Part shown: positions 19,775 through 32,039 of the stretch, one piece after another | Layout: the number at the start of each line of letters is the position of its first letter | How positions within the stretch are numbered: the stretch's first letter is position 1 | NCBI GenBank assembly: GCA_012960105.1 | Contig: DUBV01000051.1 | Location: 15,898-79,897, forward strand | DNA length: 64,000 nucleotides | Source of the DNA: Thiotrichaceae bacterium | GTDB taxonomy: Bacteria > Pseudomonadota > Gammaproteobacteria > Eutrophobiales > Eutrophobiaceae | Direction: 5' to 3' | Made by a program: the position numbers and the translations under genes | The notes under the pieces: model-generated | Seen by the model: only the letters and a program-made list of their open reading frames with translations | The model's database searches: none | What the model was told of the DNA's origin: nothing

Positions 19775-20755
19775 ATGCAGTCTTTATCCTGGCAAGAACA
19801 ACTGGCACAGGCTATACGCCAACCAAATGACTTACTCGACTATGTGGGTCTTATGGCTGACAGTATTGGTTACAGTCAACAATCTATAGAACAGTTCCCT
19901 GTTCGTGTCCCTTATGCTTTTGCCGACCGCATACAACGAAATAATCCAGACGATCCCCTTTTACGTCAGGTATTTCCGTATATAGATGAAGAGGATGATT
20001 GTGAAGGTTATGTTAATGACCCTTTGGCAGAAGCCAACGTACAGCCAGTACAAGGACTGTTGCATAAATATAATAGCCGCGTCCTGTCTATATCGACAGG
20101 CGCCTGTGCTATCCATTGCCGTTATTGCTTCCGTCGGCACTTTCCCTATCAAGAATCATCCACAAATGGGAAGCACCTAGAACAAAGTTTAGACTACATC
20201 CGATCAGACGAAACGATCAAAGAAGTGATTCTTAGCGGCGGCGACCCTTTGACATTGTCTGATCGACGTTTAATCGAACTATGTCAGGCTCTTTCGCAGA
20301 TCGATCATATAAAACGTATCCGTTTTCACACTCGCATCCCTGTCGTACTGCCTGCTCGTCTCTCAGAAGAGTTAATCAAGCAAATTGCGAATATAGGAAA
20401 AACACTAATTTTCGTCTTGCATATCAATCATGCTAATGAAATTGATGATGCTGTTATCAATAATATTAAACTATTACGTCGTTTTAATATTCTGGTACTT
20501 AATCAATCAGTGTTATTAAAAGGGATAAATGACTCGACGGAATCTTTAATCGCACTTTCCGAACGTCTGGTTGAGAACCAAGTAACGCCCTATTATTTAC
20601 ACCTGTTAGATCCCGTAACTGGCACCGCTCATTTCAATGTAGACGAACAAGTCGCCAAAATTCTTATCCAGAAAATGCATGAATCTGTATCGGGCTATCT
20701 TGTTCCCAGGCTAGTAAAAGAAGAAGTAGGTAAAGCAGGTAAAACCCGAGTTTAA
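19775..20755 (+). CDS. epmB: EF-P beta-lysylation protein EpmB (lysine 2,3-aminomutase-like radical SAM)
   Basis: 326 aa with the CAIHCRYCFRR radical-SAM cluster motif. Divergent from efp as in E. coli (yjeK-efp). Confidence 0.9.
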   Translation: MQSLSWQEQLAQAIRQPNDLLDYVGLMADSIGYSQQSIEQFPVRVPYAFADRIQRNNPDDPLLRQVFPYIDEEDDCEGYVNDPLAEANVQPVQGLLHKYNSRVLSISTGACAIHCRYCFRRHFPYQESSTNGKHLEQSLDYIRSDETIKEVILSGGDPLTLSDRRLIELCQALSQIDHIKRIRFHTRIPVVLPARLSEELIKQIANIGKTLIFVLHINHANEIDDAVINNIKLLRRFNILVLNQSVLLKGINDSTESLIALSERLVENQVTPYYLHLLDPVTGTAHFNVDEQVAKILIQKMHESVSGYLVPRLVKEEVGKAGKTRV

Positions 20756-20844
20756 ATTAAGCTAAAGTTATTTCGAAATATACCGATAACCCAATTAAGA
20801 ACGGGTTCACCCCTCCTTCCCCCAAGAATTCGTTCAAAATACTC

Positions 20845-20875
20845 AAGCCGGGCGTTATGACCCCGGCTTTTTTTA
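20845..20875 (+). terminator. Rho-independent terminator downstream of epmB
   Basis: agccggg-(cgttatgac)-cccggct followed by a run of 8 T. Confidence 0.75.
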
Positions 20876-21028
20876 TATCCATGGATGGATAGTTATGTCG
20901 CGAGAAGGCAGGACGCCTGAAACGATGATTTACACGGATGTACGGTATCTTAGAATATTTAAATTAAATCTAACAATCGCTCACTGATAAACCTGTATAT
21001 GCGATTTTCTGCATAAGTAGATTAATTT

Positions 21029-23281
21029 CTACGGCTCAGGTTTAATTCTAATTACGTTTCTGTAACCTCGAGTCAACATATTTCCTCGTCGACCACGTTC
21101 ACCAATATAATACTCTTGATCTGCTGATTTCAGCGTCACATGCTTTTTACCCGAGTAAACAACTAACTTATCAGTTTCCCCCATTGCCGTTATAGCAATA
21201 ACATATTCCTCACGTGTTTTAAATTTTGCTGGTGGTATTTGAATGATTTTCAGACCTTTTCCTTTTGGTAATAAAGTCAATTCACTAATTGGAAACATCA
21301 ACATACGTCCTATTGACGTTACTGCTGCGACCCAATCATTTTTAATATCATTAACTTTGCTTGGAGCTAAAACTTTTCCGCCTTTCGGTACGGATATAAT
21401 TGACTTACCATTTCTATTTTTTGTATAAATATCTTCAAGCTTAACCATAAAGCCATAACCCGCATCTGAAGCAACAAGATATATAGTATCAGGATCGCCG
21501 GCCATAACACCTTCAAAAGTAACACCATCCGGCGGTGTTAAACGAGCAGAGATCGGCTCACCTAAACTTCGTGCTGAAGGTAAAGAATGTGCCGGCAACG
21601 AATAACAGCGTCCACTTGAATCAACAAAGACAGCAAGCTGATTACTTCTGCCTAAGCTTGCCTGTTTAAAACTATCACCACTTTTATAATTTAATGTTTC
21701 TGGATCAACTTCATGTCCTTTAGCCGCCCTCACCCAACCTTTGTCTGAAAGTACAATTGTGACCGGCTCTGTTGGAACAAGACTAGTCTCATCGATAGCT
21801 TTCGCTTCTACGCCTTCTTTTAATGGTGACTTGCGAGCATCACCGTACTCTTTCGCATCAGCTTCGATTTCTTTTCTTACTAAAGTTTTTAAGCGTTGAT
21901 TAGAACCTAAAATTTTATCTAGCTCTTTACGTTCTTTACTTAACTCAGCTAGTTCACCTTTGATCTTGATCTCTTCAAGTTTAGCTAACTTACGTAATTT
22001 TAAATCAAGAACTGCATCAGCCTGAATATCACTTAACTTAAAGCGTTTCATTAATACCGCTTTCGGTTTATCTTGTTCACGAATGATTTGAATTACTTCA
22101 TCAATATTCAGATAAGCAATCATCAAACCTTCGAGCATATGAATTTGCGCAAGAATCTTATCTAAACGGAATTGTAATCTTCTACGTACCGTTTCTGTTC
22201 TGTACTCCAACCATTCTTTCAAGATACCCCTTAGATCTTTAACTTGAGGACGACCATTCAAACCAATGATATTTAAATTAACGCGATAACTGCGTTCAAG
22301 ATCAGTAGTTGCGAATAAGTGCAACATCACCTCTTGAAGATTAATACGATTAGAACGAGGAATAAGAATGAGTCGAATTGGATTTTCATGATCGGATTCA
22401 TCACGCAAATCTTCCAACATGGGTAATTTTTTCGCCTGCATCTGTGCGGCAATTTGTTCTAGTATTTTGCTCCCGGAACTTTGATGCGGCAGCGCAGTGA
22501 CAACAATATTGCCATCTTCCTTTTCCCAAATAGCACGCATTTTGATCGAACCGTGTCCAGTTTCATACATTTCTTGTATGGCTGACTTGGGTGTAATAAT
22601 TTCAGCCTTCGTCGGATAATCTGGTCCTTTAATATGTTTGCAGAGTTCTTTAACAGTGCTCTTGGGAGATTCCAGTAAACGAATACAAGCACTAGCAACT
22701 TCTTTGAGATTATGCGGTGGAATATCGGTTGCCATTCCAACAGCAATACCCGTAGTTCCATTTAGGAGAATATTCGGTAAACGTGCAGGTAATATTTTTG
22801 GCTCTTCTAATGTCCCATCAAAATTTGGAGTCCAATCAACGGTGCCCTGACTCACTTCACCAAGTAAAACATCAGCATAAGGTGTGAGTTTTGATTCGGT
22901 GTATCTCATGGCAGCAAAGGACTTAGGATCATCCATCGAACCCCAGTTGCCTTGACCGTCGATCAAAGGATAACGATAGGAAAAATCCTGTGCCATCAAG
23001 ACCATGGCTTCATAACAGGCAGAATCACCATGCGGGTGAAATTTACCCAATACATCACCGATAGTACGAGCAGATTTTTTATACTTCGCTGTTGCTTTTA
23101 AACCCAATTCCGACATGGCATAAACAATTCGTCGTTGCACCGGTTTCAGACCATCACCGATATGCGGTAAAGCACGGTCGAGAATGACGTACATTGAATA
23201 ATCCAGATAAGCCTTCTCGGTAAATTCCTGTAACGGTTGTTGTTCGTTTTGCTCGAAGTCAAAACTCATTGAATCTGGCAC
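21029..23281 (-). CDS. parC: DNA topoisomerase IV subunit A
   Basis: 750 aa GyrA/ParC family with the catalytic Tyr region (AAMRYTE). Its size and lack of a GyrA box, plus the adjacent parE, favour ParC. Confidence 0.88.
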   Translation of the reverse strand: MPDSMSFDFEQNEQQPLQEFTEKAYLDYSMYVILDRALPHIGDGLKPVQRRIVYAMSELGLKATAKYKKSARTIGDVLGKFHPHGDSACYEAMVLMAQDFSYRYPLIDGQGNWGSMDDPKSFAAMRYTESKLTPYADVLLGEVSQGTVDWTPNFDGTLEEPKILPARLPNILLNGTTGIAVGMATDIPPHNLKEVASACIRLLESPKSTVKELCKHIKGPDYPTKAEIITPKSAIQEMYETGHGSIKMRAIWEKEDGNIVVTALPHQSSGSKILEQIAAQMQAKKLPMLEDLRDESDHENPIRLILIPRSNRINLQEVMLHLFATTDLERSYRVNLNIIGLNGRPQVKDLRGILKEWLEYRTETVRRRLQFRLDKILAQIHMLEGLMIAYLNIDEVIQIIREQDKPKAVLMKRFKLSDIQADAVLDLKLRKLAKLEEIKIKGELAELSKERKELDKILGSNQRLKTLVRKEIEADAKEYGDARKSPLKEGVEAKAIDETSLVPTEPVTIVLSDKGWVRAAKGHEVDPETLNYKSGDSFKQASLGRSNQLAVFVDSSGRCYSLPAHSLPSARSLGEPISARLTPPDGVTFEGVMAGDPDTIYLVASDAGYGFMVKLEDIYTKNRNGKSIISVPKGGKVLAPSKVNDIKNDWVAAVTSIGRMLMFPISELTLLPKGKGLKIIQIPPAKFKTREEYVIAITAMGETDKLVVYSGKKHVTLKSADQEYYIGERGRRGNMLTRGYRNVIRIKPEP

Positions 23282-23377
23282 TAAAATTTCCTCTAATTAA
23301 TATTATTTTATTAATATAATATATTGATACCTATATGATTTTACTTTTAATATATGGTAATAATCATTCTTTTCAAT

Positions 23378-25282
<1,905 letters not shown>

Positions 25283-25489
25283 CTAATTAATAATTCACGA
25301 TAGGATAACTCATGTGATTTTCACAATGTAGCATTGATTTTATCCAAAATTTCATTCCTTTTCTCAAAGCACTATATAAACAAAAGCTAAAAAGATGCTC
25401 TGGCGGCTGGTAATGAGCCTAAGTGATGCTAATATATGCGCCCTTTTCAAGGTCGTTCTTTATTTAGACCCAACGTATTAGAGGCTTTT

Positions 25490-25735
25490 GTGCCAAAAAA
25501 AACAAACTCAATCAACTTCGAAAAAACATTAGCTGAGCTTGAACAGCTCGTGGCAAAAATGGAAAAAGGCGATTTATCACTGGAAGAATCCCTGAAATAT
25601 TTCGAACGAGGCATTTTATTAACAAAAGCATGTCAGCAAGCTTTAAGTGAAGCAGAACAGAAAGTCAGCATATTACTGGACAAAGACGGTAAATCTGAAC
25701 TTGAACCTTTTGACCAAAACAGCAATAACGAATAA
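25490..25735 (+). CDS. xseB: Exodeoxyribonuclease VII small subunit
   Basis: FEKTLAELEQLVAKMEKGDLSLEESLKYFERGILLTKACQQAL. The ORF track starts at 25436. A GTG at 25490 with an upstream GAGG SD gives the typical ~80 aa XseB. Confidence 0.85.
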   Translation: MPKKTNSINFEKTLAELEQLVAKMEKGDLSLEESLKYFERGILLTKACQQALSEAEQKVSILLDKDGKSELEPFDQNSNNE

Positions 25736-25739
25736 ATAA

Positions 25740-26633
25740 ATGTCCGATTTTTCAGAACGATTACATGTTTATCAAAAATCTGTAGAAAAAGCGCTAGGTC
25801 ACTGGTTACCCGATACGTCGATACAGCCAGAAAAATTGCATGAGGCTATGCGCTATTCCGTATTAAGCGAAGGCAAGCGAATCCGTCCTGTTTTAGTTTA
25901 TGCGACAGGTCAAGCGTTTGGCGTGAAATTAGAAGCACTTGATGGACCAGCTTGTGCCGTTGAAATCATTCATGCTTATTCTCTCATCCATGATGATTTA
26001 CCTGCTATGGATGACGATGATTTACGTCGAGGCCGACCTACTTGCCATAAGAAATATGATGATGCGACAGCAATATTGGCCGGAGATGCGCTACAAGCAC
26101 TCTCCTTTCATATCTTAGCGCATGATCCAAAGATTCAGGTTAATAGCCAACAACGCTTATCTATGATTGATACCTTAGCCATTGCCAGCGGCTCTAGAGG
26201 TATGGCAGGCGGACAAGCTATCGATTTAGCCGCGGTTGGACAATCACTGAATATTACTGAACTTGAAAATATGCACATCCATAAAACCGGTGCTCTCATT
26301 AAGGCAAGTACTGAATTAGGCGCGCTGTCTGTTGAAAATGTTGACCTCGATTTATTTTCTCGTGTTTCACAGTATGCGAAATGTATAGGCCTTGCCTTCC
26401 AAATAAAAGACGACATACTTGATATAGAGAGTGATACCGAAACTTTAGGTAAGCCACAAGGTTCGGATAGAGAAATGAATAAACCGACTTATCCTGAATT
26501 ACTCGGTCTTAATGGCGCCAAAGAAGCAGCCGGCGAACTGCACAGCAAAGCAATTAAATGCCTTGATGTTTTCGATGAACAAGCCGATACATTAAGAGCG
26601 ATAGCGGATTACATCGTTAAACGCGATAAATAA
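25740..26633 (+). CDS. ispA: (2E,6E)-farnesyl diphosphate synthase
   Basis: 297 aa with FARM (LIHDDLPAMDDDDLRRG) and SARM (FQIKDDILD) motifs. Directly after xseB as in E. coli. Confidence 0.9.
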   Translation: MSDFSERLHVYQKSVEKALGHWLPDTSIQPEKLHEAMRYSVLSEGKRIRPVLVYATGQAFGVKLEALDGPACAVEIIHAYSLIHDDLPAMDDDDLRRGRPTCHKKYDDATAILAGDALQALSFHILAHDPKIQVNSQQRLSMIDTLAIASGSRGMAGGQAIDLAAVGQSLNITELENMHIHKTGALIKASTELGALSVENVDLDLFSRVSQYAKCIGLAFQIKDDILDIESDTETLGKPQGSDREMNKPTYPELLGLNGAKEAAGELHSKAIKCLDVFDEQADTLRAIADYIVKRDK

Positions 26634-26756
26634 TTTTTACTATTTATAACCATCTACTCTCAACCAAGCTGGATGTGAATTTAAATGACGAAGCGTCATA
26701 CAACGTAAAATTTCTGGCCGAATTTTTACTACACTAAACTTAACTTAACTCAGTTA

Positions 26757-27578
26757 TTGGAATTAAAGCTAATGAGCAAATCAGTACCTACAACCGAAAT
26801 ACCTGACACTCAGAATACTGTGGACACAAGAAATATTGCTATCGACAAAGTCGGTATAAAAAATATTAAACATCCTATCGTAGTCAGCGACAGATCTGGC
26901 CGCGAGCAACATACTGTTGCGAATTTCAATATGTACGTAAATTTGCCTGAAGAATATAAAGGCACTCATATGTCACGCTTTATTGAAATTCTCAATCATC
27001 ATGAATATGAAATTACCGTGCAATCTTTCAAACGCATGATTGAAGAAATGACTGAACGACTTAATGCAGAATCAGGCGATATCGAAATGAACTTCCCTTA
27101 TTTTGTAAATAAGAAGGCACCTGTTTCAGGTGTCATGAGTTTGATGGATTATGAAGTGACTTTTATCGGGCAAATCAGAAACAATAAACCTGAGGTTCTG
27201 GTTAAAGTTCTGGTCCCTGTCACTACCCTTTGCCCATGCTCAAAAAGCATATCTAATTATGGTGCTCATAATCAGCGCTCTCATATCACCGCTTGTGTAA
27301 GCATGCGTGATTTTATCTGGATTGAAGAACTTATCGATATCATTGAAAAAGTCGCCTCTTGTGAACTCTATGGTTTATTAAAACGTCCTGATGAGAAATA
27401 TGTAACTGAACGGGCTTATGATAACCCTAAGTTTGTTGAAGACATCGTACGAGATGTCGCCGTCGAATTTAATAAAGACGACCGAATTTCTAAATATGTC
27501 GTAGAGTCAGAGAATTTCGAGTCTATTCACAATCATTCCGCTTATGCCATGCTGGAATACGATAAAGACGCTGAATAA
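26757..27578 (+). CDS. folE2: GTP cyclohydrolase FolE2/MptA family (type IB)
   Basis: 273 aa with the GTHMSRF motif and the conserved Cys (TLCPCSK) of FolE2/DUF198. Confidence 0.8.
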   Translation: MELKLMSKSVPTTEIPDTQNTVDTRNIAIDKVGIKNIKHPIVVSDRSGREQHTVANFNMYVNLPEEYKGTHMSRFIEILNHHEYEITVQSFKRMIEEMTERLNAESGDIEMNFPYFVNKKAPVSGVMSLMDYEVTFIGQIRNNKPEVLVKVLVPVTTLCPCSKSISNYGAHNQRSHITACVSMRDFIWIEELIDIIEKVASCELYGLLKRPDEKYVTERAYDNPKFVEDIVRDVAVEFNKDDRISKYVVESENFESIHNHSAYAMLEYDKDAE

Positions 27579-27770
27579 GATAGTTTGTAGGAAAACATCT
27601 ATACTTTGCTAAAGTGGCAATTTTACGTCAACAGTCAAATTTTCGCCGTTTAGTAACAGATTAAGTAAGTAGCTAACCTTGTAAGCTATTGATTTTAAAA
27701 TATTGCAACTAGTTGGTGTAAGTTATGCGGTGATATAGTTGTAATATATCTCCTCCCCCCCTTGAGATAT

Positions 27771-27799
27771 GGGTGCAAGTGATTGCACCCATTTTTTTT
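27771..27799 (+). terminator. Strong rho-independent terminator (orphan, ~190 nt after folE2)
   Basis: gggtgcaa-(gtga)-ttgcaccc followed by 8 T. Preceded by a poly-C/CT tract (tctcctcccccccttgag). Confidence 0.7.
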
Positions 27800-27863
27800 A
27801 CGCCCAACGTTGAACCAATTCCTTTAACTTCGCTCAAACTAGACAATAAATAGAAGCGATACC

Positions 27864-28169
27864 ATGAAAAAAACCATACTCCTCCTCTTAGTTCTCATTT
27901 ATGGTTCTCTGGCTAGTCAGCTAGCCTCTGCTGATGCTATCAATATGCGAGATTACACCTTGCTAAGGAATACTATATCGGAAGCAGAGGTACTTTATAA
28001 ATTCGGAATTTCAGATCACGAAACGATCCGTAGTGATTATCATCACAACATACTCAGTAAAACCTGGTTTTATATACCAAAGAAAAACAGCACTAACAAA
28101 TGGATTACTGAATTCAGGTTCAATAGTAACGGCAAATTAATTGCAAAAGACAGGTATCGGGTTTTCTAA
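27864..28169 (+). CDS. Hypothetical small secreted protein
   Basis: 101 aa with signal peptide MKKTILLLLVLIYGSLASQLASA|DA. No known domain recognised. Confidence 0.5.
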   Translation: MKKTILLLLVLIYGSLASQLASADAINMRDYTLLRNTISEAEVLYKFGISDHETIRSDYHHNILSKTWFYIPKKNSTNKWITEFRFNSNGKLIAKDRYRVF

Positions 28170-28180
28170 TTAATTTGGCT

Positions 28181-28984
28181 TTAATTTAGCTTTAATTTGG
28201 CTTCATCCCAGAGTGCATCCATCTCCTCCAATGTCGCATCATCAAGTGATTTATTTTGTTTAATTAACGATGCTTCAATGTAATTAAAACGTCGGATAAA
28301 TTTATCATTAGTTCCTTGAAGAGCAAGTTCAGAATCTATCTGATAGTGTCGCGCCAGATTAATACAACAAAACATAAGATCGCCCAACTCTTCGGCTATG
28401 TGATCTAGATTATCGGATTTATCCATAGCCTCACTAACTTCTAACAATTCTTCTTTCATTTTATCGAGAATATCTTTGCTCTCAGACCAATCAAAGCCAA
28501 TACTGGCAGCCCGTTTTTGTAATCTAGCTGCTGTTTGAATCGCAGGCATGTGTTTAGCAACATCATCTAGTAATCTTTTCTCTTTTTTATTTTTATTATT
28601 ATTTGATGCGTTTTTACGTTCTTGCTTTTTTATTTGCTCCCATAATTCTTTAACTTGTTTTTTATTATCAAGCTGTGTATCAGAAAAAACATGCGGGTGA
28701 CGACGCTCGAGTTTCTGATTGAGCTGTTTCACAACATCCTCAAAGTTAAACTGTTTATCCTCATCGGCCATTTCAGAATAAAAAATAATATGGAAAAGTA
28801 AGTCACCCAATTCATCTCTAATGCCATCCATATCATTACTTTTTATGGCATCAACCAGCTCATAAGCTTCTTCAATGGTATAACCTTTGATTGAATCTAT
28901 GGTCTGCTCTCTATCCCATGGACAGCCATTCACAGGATCACGTAGAGATTTCATAATTAATAGTAATTTATCGAGTTCTTTCAT
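28181..28984 (-). CDS. mazG: Nucleoside triphosphate pyrophosphohydrolase MazG (tandem MazG domains)
   Basis: 267 aa. Two EExxE/D-containing MazG repeats (EEAYELVDAI.., EELGDLLFHIIF; EELLEVSEA.., EELGDLMFCCINLAR). Confidence 0.88.
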   Translation of the reverse strand: MKELDKLLLIMKSLRDPVNGCPWDREQTIDSIKGYTIEEAYELVDAIKSNDMDGIRDELGDLLFHIIFYSEMADEDKQFNFEDVVKQLNQKLERRHPHVFSDTQLDNKKQVKELWEQIKKQERKNASNNNKNKKEKRLLDDVAKHMPAIQTAARLQKRAASIGFDWSESKDILDKMKEELLEVSEAMDKSDNLDHIAEELGDLMFCCINLARHYQIDSELALQGTNDKFIRRFNYIEASLIKQNKSLDDATLEEMDALWDEAKLKLN

Positions 28985-29244
28985 CTATTGTAATATCCAT
29001 GATAATTGTAAATACGTGTTCAGAGTGCGTCAGTTTTTATTTAGGGCAAGACGCGACAATCCGCATGGCTGCCCCCTGCAAAGAGGAGCAACGTCGCCAT
29101 GGATTAAAACCGACGTGCTAAGAAAATGCATTTACAATTATCATGGATATCTATCAAACTTGACCTTATTAAGGTTTCGCATAAAACTAGGGGCATATTC
29201 TAAGGCAAAAGGCGTTACAAGACTCTAAACAACGATGAATTGAC

Positions 29245-29817
29245 ATGACACCATTAATTTTACGACTTGATATTGCAGGCTCGCCAATAAGGTGGATTCC
29301 ATGGCAAAATGCCGTAAATCTGTATGCTCGTGAAATGATAGCCTGGACCGCGGGTGATAGCCTATTTACCTTTCATGGTGGAACTAGCCGGTTATCCGGC
29401 GAACGTTCCATAGTCAAAATAAATTCCATTATCGCAGTCAAACGCTCTACTCGCATTAAGCATGGCAAACGCACTATTCCACCATTAACCAATAGAGAAT
29501 TGTTTCTACGTGATGCTTATTTATGCATGTATTGTGGTAGTGAGTTTCACAAGAATTTATTAACCCGTGACCATGTCATTCCCATCTCAAAGGGTGGAAT
29601 AGACAGATGGTCAAATGTCGTCACCGCATGTCGTTATTGCAATACCAAAAAAGCAAATCGCAACCCTGAAAAAGCGCATATGCCACTACTAGCGGTTCCT
29701 TTTGTACCTAATTGGGCTGAATATCTTGCTTTATCAAACAGAAGAATCCTTGCGGATCAAATGGAATTCCTGAAAAATCAATTTTCAGGTCGAAGCATGT
29801 TGTTGCTTAGCAATTAA
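29245..29817 (+). CDS. HNH endonuclease family protein
   Basis: 190 aa. C-terminal HNH motif CMYCGSEFHKNLLTRDHVIPISKGGIDRWSNVVTACRYCNTKK (CxxC..H..H..CxxC). Confidence 0.7.
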   Translation: MTPLILRLDIAGSPIRWIPWQNAVNLYAREMIAWTAGDSLFTFHGGTSRLSGERSIVKINSIIAVKRSTRIKHGKRTIPPLTNRELFLRDAYLCMYCGSEFHKNLLTRDHVIPISKGGIDRWSNVVTACRYCNTKKANRNPEKAHMPLLAVPFVPNWAEYLALSNRRILADQMEFLKNQFSGRSMLLLSN

Positions 29818-29886
29818 TAATTTATATCTACTCCCGCAAACCATCAAATATAAATAAACACATCTCTATGTTGTTTACAGTCTCAT

Positions 29887-31089
29887 TTGCGTTATTTAAA
29901 TACCATGCAAAATAAATCTTATAATCCCAGCCAACGTATGGGTGAGATACAATCCCCCATCATTCCTATCATTGCCAATATGATCAATGAAACACCCGGC
30001 ACTATTTCATTAGGACAAGGTGTTGTTTATTTTACACCACCACAGTCTGCATTAGACAGAGCATCTCAAGTCGACTCACAGCACAGTTATCATTTATATT
30101 CTGCCGTTGAAGGACTTGATGAACTGAGAGAGCGTATTTCAAATAAGCTAAAAAATGAAAACAACATTCATCTAGAACAACATCAACAAAAAATTGTTGT
30201 TACTGCTGGCGCCAATATGGCATTTATGAATGCCATGATGGCTATTACTGATCCCGATGATGAAATTATTTTATTGCGTCCTTATTATTTCAATCATGAA
30301 ATGGCAATCAATATGGTTAGTTGCAAGGCAGTCATTGTCGAAACGGATAATAATTATCAACCGATACTAGACAACATCGCCTCTGCTATTACCGAAAAAA
30401 CCAGAGCGATTGTCACTGTTTCGCCCAATAACCCCTCTGGCGCGGTTTACCCCGAATCAATATTGAAACAGATAAACAAATTATGTAGAGAAAAATGGAT
30501 TTATCATATTTCAGATGAGGCATATGAATACTTCACTTATAACGGCACCAAACATTATTCCGTTGCCAGTAGCCCCGATTCTAGTGAGCACACTATTTCT
30601 CTGTATTCTTTATCTAAAGCCTATGGTTTTGCCAGTTGGCGCATCGGCTATATGATAATTCCAGAACATCTGTCTTTGTCGGTAAAAAAAGTTCAGGATA
30701 CCAATCTTATTTGCCCAGCTCGCATAACACAGGAAGCTGCCATAGCTGCTTTGGAAGAAGGACAGAACTATACCTTATCTCACTTAAAACAAATTAATGC
30801 TGTTCGTGATGAACTTTATGCTGCATTGCAAAATATCAAGACAATATGTACAACAGCGAATACTATGGGTGCGTTTTATTTTTTGGTAAAATTAAATACA
30901 TCACTCACGGGAATGCAAATTGTCAAAAGATTAATAAAAGAACATAAAATAGCAGTGATACCAGGTGAAACATTCGGTATGAATGATGGCTGTTATGTAC
31001 GTATCGCTTATGGTGCACTGGATAAAAAAACGTCATCTATGGGAATTCAACGCTTAATTGCAGGTCTCACAGATATTATCAGAGAATAA
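29887..31089 (+). CDS. PLP-dependent aminotransferase, class I/II (aspartate/aromatic aminotransferase-like)
   Basis: 400 aa with the fold-type I pattern. The PLP lysine context is SLSKAYGFASWRIGY and the C-terminal motif is YVRIAYG. The true start is possibly the Met at 29905. Confidence 0.75.
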   Translation: MRYLNTMQNKSYNPSQRMGEIQSPIIPIIANMINETPGTISLGQGVVYFTPPQSALDRASQVDSQHSYHLYSAVEGLDELRERISNKLKNENNIHLEQHQQKIVVTAGANMAFMNAMMAITDPDDEIILLRPYYFNHEMAINMVSCKAVIVETDNNYQPILDNIASAITEKTRAIVTVSPNNPSGAVYPESILKQINKLCREKWIYHISDEAYEYFTYNGTKHYSVASSPDSSEHTISLYSLSKAYGFASWRIGYMIIPEHLSLSVKKVQDTNLICPARITQEAAIAALEEGQNYTLSHLKQINAVRDELYAALQNIKTICTTANTMGAFYFLVKLNTSLTGMQIVKRLIKEHKIAVIPGETFGMNDGCYVRIAYGALDKKTSSMGIQRLIAGLTDIIRE

Positions 31090-31128
31090 ATACACAATAA
31101 ATTAAATTAAATTAAAGAGGAAGTAACA

Positions 31129-31497
31129 ATGAAGTCATTAATCATCGCTTTAGTCTTGGTACTAACATCATCATCAACCTTCGCTATTGATAGTAAAGGC
31201 AATTATGCCGTATGGGGACTAGGCAAAAAATCCTGTTTTGGATACACCCAGGCAATTGCTGGCGGAGATATCGAAAATTTCAAACATTATATCAAGGGTT
31301 TCTTAACCGCCTATAATATGTTTACCGAGAAAACCTACAGCATTGCCCGAAAAATGAATATAAATGAGATTGCTGAATCGCTAGAAGATTATTGTGCTGA
31401 AAACCCAATGTCTGGCTTTGAAACCGCCCTACTTAATTTCACGTTTGACCGTTATGATAGTCGCTTGAAAAGGTCTGGTAATTCTGTCGGACGTTAA
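31129..31497 (+). CDS. Hypothetical secreted protein
   Basis: 122 aa with signal peptide MKSLIIALVLVLTSSSTFA|ID and two Cys. No known domain recognised. Confidence 0.5.
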   Translation: MKSLIIALVLVLTSSSTFAIDSKGNYAVWGLGKKSCFGYTQAIAGGDIENFKHYIKGFLTAYNMFTEKTYSIARKMNINEIAESLEDYCAENPMSGFETALLNFTFDRYDSRLKRSGNSVGR

Positions 31498-31679
31498 AAT
31501 CATAAGTCGAATACTATTAATAAGTTACTTGTGAAGTCCTAGAATTAGATTTAGTCATTTTTTTACCTATTTTATAGGTATAAAAATTGATTAACACTTT
31601 GAAATAGGTCATCATTGTCTGACCATAATCGGAGAACTGGGGACGACCTCAGCATTATTAGTTTAACTGGAGAACAAAC

Positions 31680-31958
31680 ATGCAAAAAATTATTAAAGTT
31701 TCTATTCTTGCTCTATCACTTGCTATGCTTGGTGGTTGTGCAGATATGACTCAAATCAACGAAGCTAAAGCATCTGCTGCTGCTGCAATGTCAAAAGCAA
31801 CTGACGCTTATAACCTAGCTACAATCGGACATGGAATTGCTTCTGAAGCTGCATATGCCGCTCAACAAGCACAATCTACTGCTGATGCTGCATTAGAATG
31901 TTGTAGTGCAAATTCTCAAAAGCTTGATCGCATGTTTGAAAAAGCAATGATGAAGTAA
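31680..31958 (+). CDS. lpp: Braun (murein) lipoprotein-like Lpp homolog with C-terminal Lys
   Basis: 92 aa. Lipobox LAMLGG|C, an Ala-rich coiled-coil, and a C-terminus (NSQKLDRMFEKAMMK) resembling E. coli Lpp (ANQRLDNMATKYRK) with the terminal Lys used for peptidoglycan attachment. Strong terminator follows. Confidence 0.65.
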   Translation: MQKIIKVSILALSLAMLGGCADMTQINEAKASAAAAMSKATDAYNLATIGHGIASEAAYAAQQAQSTADAALECCSANSQKLDRMFEKAMMK

Positions 31959-31987
31959 GAACTAGAAATTTATTTCTAAGTTTTTAA

Positions 31988-32022
31988 AGCCCTTATTCGA
32001 AAGAATCAGGGGCTTTTTTTTA
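31988..32022 (+). terminator. Rho-independent terminator of lpp-like gene
   Basis: agcccttattc-(gaaa)-gaatcaggggct followed by 8 T. Confidence 0.8.
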
Positions 32023-32039
32023 TTTACAGGGACCGTAAT

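Noticed and set aside
20780-20830. Possible tRNA-like fragment (acgggttcaccc) after epmB
   Set aside because: No acceptor stem, D-arm or anticodon arm can be drawn. The context is AT-rich and it lacks the GTTCGAATC T-loop consensus. It is most likely just the 3' UTR leading into the intrinsic terminator at 20845-20875.
28887-29228. 113-aa + strand ORF spanning the mazG start and the HNH leader
   Set aside because: It overlaps the mazG 5' end antisense and runs through the GC-rich intergenic leader with no SD. It is more plausibly regulatory or structured DNA, as noted in the findings.
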